This document shows positions 20,765 to 30,615 of a stretch of 64,000 nucleotides of DNA, piece by piece. Source of the stretch: Candidatus Hopanoidivoransaceae bacterium (GTDB lineage Bacteria; Actinomycetota; Acidimicrobiia; Acidimicrobiales; Hopanoidiivorantaceae); the NCBI GenBank assembly GCA_965204495.1, contig OZ241989.1, positions 828,300 through 892,299 of the forward strand, given 5' to 3'. The translations under genes were made by a program, and so were the position numbers. How positions within the stretch are numbered: position 1 is the first letter of the stretch; each line of letters opens with the position of its first letter. Under the pieces are notes generated by a model. The model ran no database searches. It had not been told where the DNA came from and worked only from the letters and a program-made list of their open reading frames with translations.

Positions 20765-21304
20765 CTAAGCCGTGTCGTCTTTCTCAACAATTTCGGCTTC
20801 AACGAACACAGCCCCCGAAACCTCAGACGCCGAACCAGAGATGGCATCGCTGTCTTCAGAGCCGTCCTCTGGCACGGCGAAGAGCCATATCTCGCAAAGC
20901 ATGAACTTCGCCAGCCACAAAATTCCGAACGCAAAAATATTAGCGGCCACAAGCAAAACCGCGCTGTCTGAAATAAGCCCCACGAGCCACACGAAAAGCG
21001 TGGAGAGCAGCAGCCCAACTAGGTTCATCATCCAAAACGGGAGGACTTCCCTTGAGACGCTGTGGGAGGCGACCTTGCCCCAGACCCAGCGTCTGCTCAG
21101 AAAATACGCTGGTATTGCGGCGATAGCCACCGCCAAAGCGTTCGCTGCCATTGCGGGCAGGTCTGCCCCTCTGTAGAAGAACACGAGAAGAACCTGCGTC
21201 AGAGGCACCACGATCAGGCTGACGCCCGCGTATCTCACCAGCCGCTTGCTGATGAAACGGAAAAACTGCCACGAAAGCAGCCGCGTGACTTCTCTTGCCT
21301 CCAT
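20765..21304 (-). CDS. GtrA-family 4-TM protein
   Basis: RLVRYAGVS, ANALA..AAIPAYFLSRRWVW, four hydrophobic segments. Confidence 0.8.
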   Translation of the reverse strand: MEAREVTRLLSWQFFRFISKRLVRYAGVSLIVVPLTQVLLVFFYRGADLPAMAANALAVAIAAIPAYFLSRRWVWGKVASHSVSREVLPFWMMNLVGLLLSTLFVWLVGLISDSAVLLVAANIFAFGILWLAKFMLCEIWLFAVPEDGSEDSDAISGSASEVSGAVFVEAEIVEKDDTA

Positions 21305-21327
21305 GGCGCACTAGCCTACAAGTAATC

Positions 21328-23010
21328 ATGCCACTCTCAGACCAAGCCCGCCCAAAAATCACCAAATTCGCAATCGCCGCTCTCGCTGTCGCCGCTTTTT
21401 TATCGGCTTGCTCCAATAGCGATTCCTCATCGCAACCGCCCGCGACCTCTTCACCTGAGAATACGACACTCGCGGCAACGACAATCACATTCCCAGAAAT
21501 CAGCACTCCTCTGCCAGCGGAAACCCCTGAAGTGCCCCCGGCTACGCAGGCACCTGCGACCCAGCCACCCGCGACCGCCCAATCGCCCGCAACCCAGCCT
21601 CCGCCAGAAGCCCCCGCAACCCAGCCATCCGCCGAAGCCCCCGTCACCGCCGCTCCAACTAGCCCGCCCCCTCCAGCCAGCTCACCGCCCGCCGACCCTG
21701 AACCGCCCAATCCCACGCCTACCAGTCCGACGCCCTCCGGTTCCGAGCCTGTCGCTCCCGAACCTCCTGATAATACACCAGCCAGCAATGCCCCCGTTAC
21801 CACTGCTCCTCCAACCACCGCTCCTTCAGCCCCTGAGTTCCCAAATGCGCCAAGTCTCGCCCTTCAGCCCCTCTACAAGTTCGACTCCGGGCCGCTTTCC
21901 ATGGCTGTCCACCCTTCAGACGCCGACTCTGAAGTGCTGTATTTTACGCTCAGAGACGGCAGGGTCATGTGGCTGAAAGACGGTGAAGCCCGAATTCTCA
22001 TTGACTTGCGCCAAGAGGTCGTAATTCAAAACATCTTCAACGAACTCGGTCTCACCGACATCGTCTTTTCGCCAGACGGCAACTTCCTCTACACCTACTC
22101 GGCCACCACCGATGCCGATGACTTGCACCGATTCGGATGGACTGGATTCGTATACGAATGGCCGATTGCCGTCGGCGCCAACGGCATAGTGGAAATCTCT
22201 GGCGCGAGGCGGCTCGTCTTGATGATTCCGCAGCCCCAGCCCACTCACAACGGCGGAGACCTCGCCTTCGGCCCCGACGGGATGCTGTATGTCTCAGTCG
22301 GCGACGGCGGCGGGGCAGGCGACCCGAGCGAATCCGGACAGAATCCGCAAACCCTGCTGGGCACAATCTTGCGCATCAATCCCGACACCGCAGGCGAAGG
22401 CCAGCTCGGGCAAGGAGGCACTTATCGCATCCCGCCCGACAATCCTTTCGCAGACGGCTTCCACGAGGGCATTGCCGGTGCCCCAGAAGTCTGGAACTAT
22501 GGGCTGCGCAATCCTTGGCGCATCTCGTTCGACAGCCAAACAGGCGATCTCTGGATAGCCGATGTGGGGCAAAATATCTGGGAAGAGATCAACTTGCTGC
22601 CAGCAGCAGGCGGCACAGGCAAGGGCGCAAATCTAGGCTGGAACATTTTTGAAGGCACTAACCGCTTCGCCAAAGAAGGACGAGACGACAACATTCAGCT
22701 GAGCAACCATACCATGCCTGTGTGGGAATACGAACACGGCCCAGGCTTGTGCTCGGTCACTGGCGGGTATGTGTATAGGGGAACGGAGTTGGCTGGATAC
22801 GACGGGGTTTACTTCTATGCCGACTATTGCGGACGAGAGATCTACGGCTTCAAGCCTTCTGTGGCCCATCAGCGAATCGCCCAACTGCCCGCCGCGTCAA
22901 ACCCCGCTTCATTCGGCGAAGACAACTCTGGCGAACTCTATGTGCTGCTTCACGACAGAAACCAGGAAGAGCTAGAAGGCTGGGTCTACAAGCTAGTAGA
23001 GGCAAGCTAG
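21328..23010 (+). CDS. PQQ-dependent glucose/sorbosone dehydrogenase-family lipoprotein with long Pro/Thr linker
   Basis: Lipobox FLSAC; HNGGDLAFGPDGMLYVSVGDGG, IPPDNPF, YGLRNPWRISFD, CSVTGGYVYRG. Confidence 0.9.
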   Translation: MPLSDQARPKITKFAIAALAVAAFLSACSNSDSSSQPPATSSPENTTLAATTITFPEISTPLPAETPEVPPATQAPATQPPATAQSPATQPPPEAPATQPSAEAPVTAAPTSPPPPASSPPADPEPPNPTPTSPTPSGSEPVAPEPPDNTPASNAPVTTAPPTTAPSAPEFPNAPSLALQPLYKFDSGPLSMAVHPSDADSEVLYFTLRDGRVMWLKDGEARILIDLRQEVVIQNIFNELGLTDIVFSPDGNFLYTYSATTDADDLHRFGWTGFVYEWPIAVGANGIVEISGARRLVLMIPQPQPTHNGGDLAFGPDGMLYVSVGDGGGAGDPSESGQNPQTLLGTILRINPDTAGEGQLGQGGTYRIPPDNPFADGFHEGIAGAPEVWNYGLRNPWRISFDSQTGDLWIADVGQNIWEEINLLPAAGGTGKGANLGWNIFEGTNRFAKEGRDDNIQLSNHTMPVWEYEHGPGLCSVTGGYVYRGTELAGYDGVYFYADYCGREIYGFKPSVAHQRIAQLPAASNPASFGEDNSGELYVLLHDRNQEELEGWVYKLVEAS

Positions 23011-23056
23011 CAGAGGCGGGGTCGGATGCCAACTAGCCGAGCCATCAGGCCTTCGG

Positions 23057-23500
23057 CTAAAGCTCAGCGCGATACACATTCGTGTCGCGCTGTTTGAAAC
23101 CTAGCGACAGATACAGCTCGTTAGCAGCTTCCCTAGCAGGGCTGGATGTGAGGTCTATCGACCTGGCTCCCTCCGATGCAGCCCGTTCCATCGCAGCCAA
23201 GTTCAAAGCTTTTCCCACTCCTGCGCCCCGTGCGCTTTCATCCACCACTACATCTTCAATGCGGACGCGCAGACCCGTGGGAATGCGAAACAGCACAAGC
23301 GTGAGGCTACCGATTATGTCGCCGGCTTCCGCATATGCCACCAACAGCACAGTCGCAGGCGAACGCACTATCTCAGCAAGCTCTTCCACAGCAGGCATCT
23401 CGGCACTCTTGGAAAGCTGAGGCACGAGCCGCCCGAATGCTGCCGCAAACTCCTCGGTCACTTCTGACGGGTCGGCAACCTCACGGATTATCGGCTTCAT
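23057..23500 (-). CDS. GNAT N-acetyltransferase
   Basis: IEDVVVDESARGAGVG, LTSSPAREAANELY..LGF. Confidence 0.9.
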   Translation of the reverse strand: MKPIIREVADPSEVTEEFAAAFGRLVPQLSKSAEMPAVEELAEIVRSPATVLLVAYAEAGDIIGSLTLVLFRIPTGLRVRIEDVVVDESARGAGVGKALNLAAMERAASEGARSIDLTSSPAREAANELYLSLGFKQRDTNVYRAEL

Positions 23501-23510
23501 GCTGACTCGT

Positions 23511-24284
23511 TCAAGCTGGCTCGGATGCTTTCGCCTCAGATGCTTTCGCCTGAGATGCTTTTGCCTCAGATGCCACCGGCAGCGGCTCGTCTACTACTAA
23601 GTCTTTCTCCCAAGGAACTTGGCGCGGAGGCTCGAAGAACACATCGGCCTGCTCGCCCCTGATGGCTCCGAAAGCCAGGTCAGCCCACCAAGGCGAACAG
23701 CCTTCGGGCAAGTTGCTTTCAGCGAAGAATCCTGCATCCAAGCACTCCAGCGGGTGAGGCGTAGGGTCGCCGCCCAGAGACTTGCACAAGAACACCATGG
23801 AGTAGAAAGGCTTGCGAGTGATCCTCTGGCGAATGGCGTCAAACACCGCTATCAAGCGCACTGGCTCGCAGCGGATTTTCGTCTCTTCCCACACTTCTTT
23901 CACGGCCACTTCAGCAGGCGAATAGCCCACATCGGCCCAGCCGGTCGGGAACATCCACGCTTGGGAGTCGGCTCGCTGGATGAGCAGTATCTCGCCTTTC
24001 TCGTTGCCTACCACTGCTCCCACAGACAGCTTCGGAGTCACATACCCTGCCACGCCCGGCTCCACCGAGTTCAGCCATTCCTCAACTTGCGGGCCGGGCT
24101 CAGGATGGTCGGCAGCGGCAGATCGCATCTCGGCCGCCAGAGCCAGCACTTCCTCGTAGCGTTCTTTTTCGTAGAGGCTCTCGGTGAAGCCGAGCCCCGT
24201 TCGGGCTATTGCCGCTAAAGCCTCCCCCCAGCGTATGAGATCGTGCTCGTCAGCCTTATAGTCAGACATCAACCTTGCGCTCAA
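23511..24284 (-). CDS. NUDIX hydrolase with N-terminal Nudix_N domain
   Basis: LAAIARTGLGF...ERYEE, GYVTPK, Nudix box GWADVGYSPAEVAVKEVWEETK. Confidence 0.88.
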   Translation of the reverse strand: MSARLMSDYKADEHDLIRWGEALAAIARTGLGFTESLYEKERYEEVLALAAEMRSAAADHPEPGPQVEEWLNSVEPGVAGYVTPKLSVGAVVGNEKGEILLIQRADSQAWMFPTGWADVGYSPAEVAVKEVWEETKIRCEPVRLIAVFDAIRQRITRKPFYSMVFLCKSLGGDPTPHPLECLDAGFFAESNLPEGCSPWWADLAFGAIRGEQADVFFEPPRQVPWEKDLVVDEPLPVASEAKASQAKASEAKASEPA

Positions 24285-26794
24285 GGCTTGCCGCTTGCAG
24301 AAGAAACGGCATGGTTGATGGCCCGTTCTATCTCCGTCATCTGCTCTTGGTCTACGATCTTCTGCTCCGCGCTGTTTTGCACATAGAACGAATCCACCAC
24401 AGAGCCGCCCAAGCTTTGCGCTTTGACGCTGCTTATCTCCAAGCGCATCTGCGACATCGCCACAGCCAGCCGCCTCAGCAAGCCGAAGCTGTCGGGCGCG
24501 CCTATTTCTATAACCGTATGCGTGTCGGAACTGTCGTTGTCAAAGCGAATATAAGGGTCTGAAATCATCGGCTCGCCGGTCGTGGGCATCGTGGGCATCG
24601 TGCGCTGAGCCAGCCGCGCTTCCAGAGCCAGGCGTCCTTCCAAAGCTGCATCTACCTGCTCTTCTATGCGTTCCCAGTTGATGTCGCCTTTGAAGGTGGG
24701 CTCCACGAGGAAGTGGCACAGCCCCATCTCGTGAAGCACCAGCCCTGTGCCTTCCCGAATCAACAAGCCGTTCAAAGTGAGCACCCCAGCCACTTCGCTG
24801 AACTGGCCGCGATGATCCTTGGAGATGACGGTGAGCTTCTCGCCGCCGCTCTGGATCAAAGGAATGCCCGCAGCCATGAGCGAGCGATGCTGCGCTGTGG
24901 GGACTTCCTCTTCTATCGTTTCGGCCTTGCCCTCGGTGAGGTAGGTCTCGGTGCGCTTCACCAGATTGTCCAGCAGGTTTTTCTTCCATGGGCTCCACGC
25001 GTGAGTGCTGGTGGCTATGCTGTCGGCCTCGGTGAGAGCGGCCAGGCATTGCAGCATCTCCACTGTCTCCACTTTCTCTGCCACGCTCTTGATGACATTC
25101 TCGTCGTTGAGATCGCGGCGGGTGGCCACATCGGGCAGCAGCAGGTGATGCTCCACGAGGCTTTGCAGCACCGTGATGTCGTCTCGCTCAAAGCCCATGC
25201 GGTTGGCTATCTGCCCCACGAGCGGGATGCCTACCACAGTATGGTCGCCGGGATATCCCTTGCCGATGTCGTGCAGGAACGATCCCACCAGAAGCAAGTC
25301 GGGACGCTCCACTTGATCCACCAGGGGCGCGGCTTCGGCGGCAGCCTCGCAGAGGTGGCGATCAACGGTGAATCGGTGATAGACATTCTGCTGGCGCAGG
25401 CAGCGGCAAGGCTCCCACTCGGGCAGCAGCTTCGTGAACAGCCCCGTCATGTCGAGCTCTTCTATGACATGCACTGCAGGCCGCCCCGTAGCCAGCAGCT
25501 TCACGAAGAGATCGCGAGCCTCCGCTGGCCAAGGCTCTGAGAGCGCGGGGGCATCTTGCGCCAAGCGCATCATGGTGTCTCTGTCTATGGAGGCGTTCAA
25601 CTCGGCCGCTGCGACTGCCAAGCGAAGGATGGAGAGCGGTCCGAATTTCGCATCAGGGTTGAAGCGCGCATACTTTTGGACGGAGCCTTCTTCGCTGGTT
25701 ATCTCGGCAACTTCAAGTCCTTCTTCGCCAGAGGAGATAGCAGAGGGCAGAGGCTCCCAGTTGCGCTCCAAAGCCACACGCGGCGAACCCTTTTTTGAGC
25801 GCAGCCGTGAGATTCCGCCTGATCTTCCGCTCAGCAGTCGCGACTGGATCGACATTTCCTTGAGACGCCATCCGATCAGCCGGGCAGACAGCGACACATG
25901 CGACATGAGCTCGCGAGCATCCTTGTAGCCGCTGGCTTCGGCTATTTGATCTTGATAGTCGAACAGCAGGCGATCTTCCGGACGCCGAGCCACCCGATGC
26001 AGCTCTATCCGATTGGACAGCAGCACATCGTATGCCTCTAGTATCTCCGCGTCGTCTGAGAAAACGCCCGAACCCAAAGAATGGTCAAAATTCTCTTCGT
26101 CGTCTTCTTCGTCATCGTCCTTGCCAAAAGCTGGTTTGCCCATGATGGCCGAAAGCGCCCAGCACATCAGCTGAGCATCACGCAGTCCGCCCTCGCCTTG
26201 CTTCACATTCGGCTCAAGCATGTATGCCACCGAGCCGAACTGCTCGTGTCGCTTGTGGGCGTCCGCCAGCAGCTCTCCGATCCACTGCCCCGCTTGGCTG
26301 TACCAGATCTTGTGAGCCTTGGCTCGCAGCTTCTTGGTGACTCTGGGGTCGCCTGCCACATGGCGAACCGACAGCAAGGTAGTGGCAGTGTTGAGCTCGT
26401 GACGAGCCAGCAGGGCGATGTCGTTGAGGCTTCCTACCGAGTTGCCCAGCTTCAGGTTTTCGTCCCAGAGGGGATACCACAGATCTCTCGCCAAGTCGCT
26501 GATGTCTCTGCGGTAGTCATCGCTGTAGAGCAGCTGAATGTCCAAGTCGCTCTCGGGGCTCATCTCGCCTCGGCCGTAGCCCCCGAGGGCTATGAGGGAG
26601 ATGTCTTTGGAGGAAGTCTCCTTGTTGATTGCCGACCACTTCTCAATGGCTGCGTCAAACAGGCCTTTCAGGTGGTTGTCGACGGCGGCTGTGTAAGCTC
26701 GGCAGAAGTCCTTGCCTCGGCAGTCGGCATCTTCAACGAGGAGATCCCTGGCTGCCCGAAGCGATTTGGGCGGGGCTTGGACTTCTGCCGTCAT
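24281..26794 (-). CDS. glnD: PII adenylyl/uridylyltransferase
   Basis: ALGGYGRGE.SP.SDLD, EPNVKQGEGGLRD, YHRFTVDRH, LHDIGKG, ACT domains. Confidence 0.95.
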   Translation of the reverse strand: MTAEVQAPPKSLRAARDLLVEDADCRGKDFCRAYTAAVDNHLKGLFDAAIEKWSAINKETSSKDISLIALGGYGRGEMSPESDLDIQLLYSDDYRRDISDLARDLWYPLWDENLKLGNSVGSLNDIALLARHELNTATTLLSVRHVAGDPRVTKKLRAKAHKIWYSQAGQWIGELLADAHKRHEQFGSVAYMLEPNVKQGEGGLRDAQLMCWALSAIMGKPAFGKDDDEEDDEENFDHSLGSGVFSDDAEILEAYDVLLSNRIELHRVARRPEDRLLFDYQDQIAEASGYKDARELMSHVSLSARLIGWRLKEMSIQSRLLSGRSGGISRLRSKKGSPRVALERNWEPLPSAISSGEEGLEVAEITSEEGSVQKYARFNPDAKFGPLSILRLAVAAAELNASIDRDTMMRLAQDAPALSEPWPAEARDLFVKLLATGRPAVHVIEELDMTGLFTKLLPEWEPCRCLRQQNVYHRFTVDRHLCEAAAEAAPLVDQVERPDLLLVGSFLHDIGKGYPGDHTVVGIPLVGQIANRMGFERDDITVLQSLVEHHLLLPDVATRRDLNDENVIKSVAEKVETVEMLQCLAALTEADSIATSTHAWSPWKKNLLDNLVKRTETYLTEGKAETIEEEVPTAQHRSLMAAGIPLIQSGGEKLTVISKDHRGQFSEVAGVLTLNGLLIREGTGLVLHEMGLCHFLVEPTFKGDINWERIEEQVDAALEGRLALEARLAQRTMPTMPTTGEPMISDPYIRFDNDSSDTHTVIEIGAPDSFGLLRRLAVAMSQMRLEISSVKAQSLGGSVVDSFYVQNSAEQKIVDQEQMTEIERAINHAVSSASGKP

Positions 26795-26803
26795 AACGCC
26801 TCC

Positions 26804-28030
26804 CTAGAGCAGGTAAGAGCTTGAAGAGTGCTCGGAGTGGTCTAGCCCGGCAATCTGTGCTTCATCGCTGGCTCGCAGCCCGACGGTCTTCTTCAACACC
26901 CAGGCGATGACGAATGTGCCGAGCGCGGAATAAGCGATTGTGGATATGACTGCTATGAATTGGTTGAGCAGAAGCTCTCCGCTGGCGCTGAAGAACAGCC
27001 CTTCCAAATCGCCTATCGCCAGGGACGCAACAGAATCGTCAGCGAAGAAGCCGATCATCAGCGCGCCGATGATGCCGCCCACGCCGTGGATGCCCACCAC
27101 ATCCAAGCTGTCGTCGTAGTTGAACTTCTTCTTCATGCCAAGTGCCAAGAAGCACAGCATGGACGCGATGAAGCCGATGAGTATGGCAGCCCATGGGCGA
27201 ACCACAGCACAGCCCGGCGTGATTGCCACGAGAGCGGCCACAACGCCAGAACAGATGCCGACGATGTTGGTGCGAACTCCGCTGAGGTGCTCAACGGCAA
27301 CCCAGCCGAGCATTCCTGCTGCAGCAGCCAGGAGCGTGTTGGTGAAAGCTTCTATGGCAACTTCGTTGGCTTCTAGAGCCGAGCCAGCGTTGAAACCGAA
27401 CCATCCCAACCAGAGTATGCCAGTGCCGAGGGCCACCAGCGGAAGATTGTGAGGCGGTTTCTGGGCGGACGGCCAGCCTCGGCGTGGGCCAAGCATCTTG
27501 GAGAGCACCAAGGCTGCCACCCCCGCGTTGATGTGGATGGAAGTGCCGCCGGCGAAGTCGTATGAAGGCAGATCAAAAATCCAGCCGTTGCTTTCGTCGC
27601 CAGTCGCAAACACCCAGTGAGTAATCGGGGCATACACGAAGATGAGCCAGAGCGGAACGAACCAAGCCCACGCGCTGAACTTCATGCGCCCTGCTACCGC
27701 ACCAGAGATGAGAGCTGGCGTGATGATGGCAAATGTGGCCAGGAACATGATGGAAAGCAGGCTCTCAGGATTGGTGACATTGTTGAGCCCGGCAAACTCC
27801 AGATCGCCGATAAAGGCGTTGTCTGCTCCGCCAAAAGTTCCGAATGAGAGCGCGTATGCGCATATCACCCACAAGATGGGCACGACCCCCATGCAGTAGA
27901 GGTTCATGCTCATCATGTTTGAGACGTTTTTTGACTCGTCTAATCCTCCGTAAAACAGTGCTAATCCAGGAGTCATAAATAGTACTAGTGCTGTAGAGGT
28001 CAAAACCCAGGCAATGGTGGAGCCATCCAT
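26804..28030 (-). CDS. amtB: Ammonium transporter
   Basis: ALVLFMTPGLALFYGG, DFAGGTSIHINAG, LWLGWFGFNAGS, DDSLDVVGIHGVGG. Confidence 0.97.
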   Translation of the reverse strand: MDGSTIAWVLTSTALVLFMTPGLALFYGGLDESKNVSNMMSMNLYCMGVVPILWVICAYALSFGTFGGADNAFIGDLEFAGLNNVTNPESLLSIMFLATFAIITPALISGAVAGRMKFSAWAWFVPLWLIFVYAPITHWVFATGDESNGWIFDLPSYDFAGGTSIHINAGVAALVLSKMLGPRRGWPSAQKPPHNLPLVALGTGILWLGWFGFNAGSALEANEVAIEAFTNTLLAAAAGMLGWVAVEHLSGVRTNIVGICSGVVAALVAITPGCAVVRPWAAILIGFIASMLCFLALGMKKKFNYDDSLDVVGIHGVGGIIGALMIGFFADDSVASLAIGDLEGLFFSASGELLLNQFIAVISTIAYSALGTFVIAWVLKKTVGLRASDEAQIAGLDHSEHSSSSYLL

Positions 28031-28145
28031 AATCTTTTCCTTTCTGTTGGTGCTAGCGATAGCTTAGCATCTATTTAGTGCTGTCTGCACGAATTGATGA
28101 TATTCCTCTGTTGGCGACTTTGCACGCAAATGCGCAGAGCTTGTC

Positions 28146-28940
28146 TTAGCCGTCTGACATTCCCGTGTTCAAATTGCCCGACTTGAGCCCTTCCAAGTCT
28201 ACGGTCACATAACGATAGCCCGCCGCCTTCACTGCTCGCACCACTTCGCTGCGACTGGATAGCAGATCGCCGAGCCGTTCTTGCGGCACCTCCACTCTGG
28301 CAATCTCTCCGTAGTGACGCACCCTGCGATCCTCAAACCCCAGCTTGCCCAGCGCGGCCTCGGCGCGCTCCACCCTTGACAGCACTTCCACGCTCACAGG
28401 AGTGCCGTAGGGTATGCGCGACGCCAGGCAAGGAGCGGCTGGCTTGTTCCAAGTGGGCAGACCTAGAGAGCGCGAGAGGCTTCGCACATCGTCTTTTGTG
28501 AAGCCTGCCTCCAGCAGCGGGAAGCTGGCTCCGCGCCGGCGGGAAGCCTCTATGCCAGGGCGGTGGTCGCCGAGGTCTGATGCAGTGATGCCGAGCACTA
28601 CGGCTGCTTCGTCTTGGCGAGCCAGAGGCGCGAGAGCGTCCATGAGGGCATCGCGGCAGTGGGCGCACCGCTGCGTGTCGTTGCGACGATAAGACTCGTT
28701 CTGCTGTTCGCTGGTGAAGACTTCCGACCAGCGCAGGTTCCAGTCTTTGGCCAAGCTCTTGCACAACTCGCGCTCTTCGGCTGGCAACGAGGCCGACACG
28801 GCAGTCACGGCGTGCGCGTCTTTTCCCAGCGAGCTGTTGGCGACCCATGCCAAGAGAGCAGAATCCACTCCGCCGCTGAACGCCACCACCACGCGCTCGT
28901 GCTGTTTCAGGTTGTTCTGAAGATTGCTGAGCTTTTCCAC
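28146..28940 (-). CDS. larE: ATP-dependent sulfur transferase LarE (NPN cofactor)
   Basis: VAFSGGVDS PP-loop, RCAHC, DHRPG, KPAAPCLASRIPYG, RVRHYG. Confidence 0.93.
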   Translation of the reverse strand: MEKLSNLQNNLKQHERVVVAFSGGVDSALLAWVANSSLGKDAHAVTAVSASLPAEERELCKSLAKDWNLRWSEVFTSEQQNESYRRNDTQRCAHCRDALMDALAPLARQDEAAVVLGITASDLGDHRPGIEASRRRGASFPLLEAGFTKDDVRSLSRSLGLPTWNKPAAPCLASRIPYGTPVSVEVLSRVERAEAALGKLGFEDRRVRHYGEIARVEVPQERLGDLLSSRSEVVRAVKAAGYRYVTVDLEGLKSGNLNTGMSDG

Positions 28941-29038
28941 AATTCCTTTATGCTATCTGCGATCCCGCAGGCTGAGAGATCTGCTAGCAGTGGATTCAGG
29001 CTCTGGCCGGGCCGCAGAACCGGCCGCAGAAGTTGCTC

Positions 29039-29067
29039 TTGACAGGGTTTGGGAAGGCAAGTATAAT
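29039..29067 (+). promoter_or_regulatory. Consensus sigma70-type promoter, probably leaderless
   Basis: TTGACA (29039-44), 17-bp spacer, TATAAT (29062-67); GTG start at 29076. Confidence 0.8.
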
Positions 29068-29075
29068 AGCAGTCT

Positions 29076-30524
29076 GTGCGCCTATCAAGCCACATATTAA
29101 ACAGAACGAAGCTGGTTGCCGGGATAGCAGGAGCGGTGCTTTTGCTCGCCTCGGCTTCGGCTGCTTGCAGCGATTCTTCTGACAACTCCGTTCCCACCTT
29201 GGCCACCGCAGTGGCTCCGGCGTTCAGCGGGACATCCGAACCAGACACCACTGCCACCACCGCTCCAAGGGCCACAACCAGCACTACCCTGCCTCAGCGA
29301 AACAACCCCGGGGAGGCAAACGGCGACCTTACGCTCGGCTATTTGCTCGCCTCAACCGGCGAATTGGCCTCCTTCTCAGCCCCGCTCATAATTGCGGTTC
29401 AGATGGCTGTGGCGGATGCTCAGGCTGCAGGCTTTCAAGATGTGGTCTTGGTCGGCGCCGACACAGCTTCTTCTGCCGAAGCCATCAGCAGCGAGTTTGA
29501 CGGTCTCTTGGTGCAGGGTGCGGACGGGATTGTCGGAGCGTCCTCGTCTGCCCTGACGACCATAATCGTCCCCAAGGCCAAAGAATCGCAAACCGTGCTC
29601 ATATCGCCGTCTGCCACCTCGGTCACGCTTACCGAAGCCGATGACGACGGCTATTTCTTCCGCACTGCGCCCTCAGATGTTTATTGGGGCAAAGTGTTGG
29701 CCGACCGTGTCGCCACTTACGGAGGCCAAAGGACAGCCATCGTTTATCGCAACGACATCTTCGGCAGCAGCTTGGCTACCGCAGCGACTGACGATCTGGC
29801 AGCCGACGGCGTGACAGTGGTCGACTGGATCAGGTTGGATCCCGATCCTTCCATCACCAGCTTTGCAGACGAAGTGGAGCAGCTCCTGGAAGCAGACGCG
29901 GACTCGTTCATCCTGATCTCTTTTGAAAGAGAGGGAGCTTTGTTTTTCAGAGAATACCTAGAGGCAGCAGAAGCTGCGGAAGCTCCGAAAATGAATGCTT
30001 ACATTTCTGAAGACTTTGTGGATCCGCCTTGGGAACCTCTGCCAGAAGACGGTGTCGGCGCACTTCCGGGCATCAGCAACATCAGGGGGTCGGGGCCATC
30101 GGTAGAGAGCGAAAAGCGTTCGGATTTTGAAGAGAGATACAGGGAATATGTCAGCAGCCCCGAATTCTCTTGCCCTGAGAGCATGTCCGAAGAAGCCTGC
30201 CTAGCCACCCGTGAGCATGTCGCCAGCGCGCCTGCGGCCTACGATGCAGCGGTTGTCATCATGCTCGCGAGCTTGCATGCCGGCAGCACTGATTCGGCAG
30301 TGTTCGCCCCTTATGTAAACGAAGTCACACGCGACGGCAGGCCGTGCTCGTCTTACGAGGAATGCGCCCAGCTCGTCTTGGACGGCATCAACATCAATTA
30401 TGAAGGCTTCTCGGGCCCGCTCGACTTCACAGATGCTGGCGAACCCGACCGGGGAACCTATCAGCTCTGGATGCTGAACGACATCGGGCAAATGCAATCC
30501 GAAGGGCAGCTAACCTTGGGTTGA
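29076..30524 (+). CDS. ABC substrate-binding lipoprotein (Peripla_BP_6/LivJ-like)
   Basis: SAAC lipobox, ISPSATS, YFFRTAPSD, INYEGFSGPLDF. Confidence 0.88.
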   Translation: MRLSSHILNRTKLVAGIAGAVLLLASASAACSDSSDNSVPTLATAVAPAFSGTSEPDTTATTAPRATTSTTLPQRNNPGEANGDLTLGYLLASTGELASFSAPLIIAVQMAVADAQAAGFQDVVLVGADTASSAEAISSEFDGLLVQGADGIVGASSSALTTIIVPKAKESQTVLISPSATSVTLTEADDDGYFFRTAPSDVYWGKVLADRVATYGGQRTAIVYRNDIFGSSLATAATDDLAADGVTVVDWIRLDPDPSITSFADEVEQLLEADADSFILISFEREGALFFREYLEAAEAAEAPKMNAYISEDFVDPPWEPLPEDGVGALPGISNIRGSGPSVESEKRSDFEERYREYVSSPEFSCPESMSEEACLATREHVASAPAAYDAAVVIMLASLHAGSTDSAVFAPYVNEVTRDGRPCSSYEECAQLVLDGININYEGFSGPLDFTDAGEPDRGTYQLWMLNDIGQMQSEGQLTLG

Positions 30525-30615
30525 GCTAACCTTGGCTGAAAGCGCATTAAAGCGATGCCCAAGTGTAGAATAAGCGCATAGCTTCTATTCCCCCTATCCC
30601 AGAAAAGGAACAATA

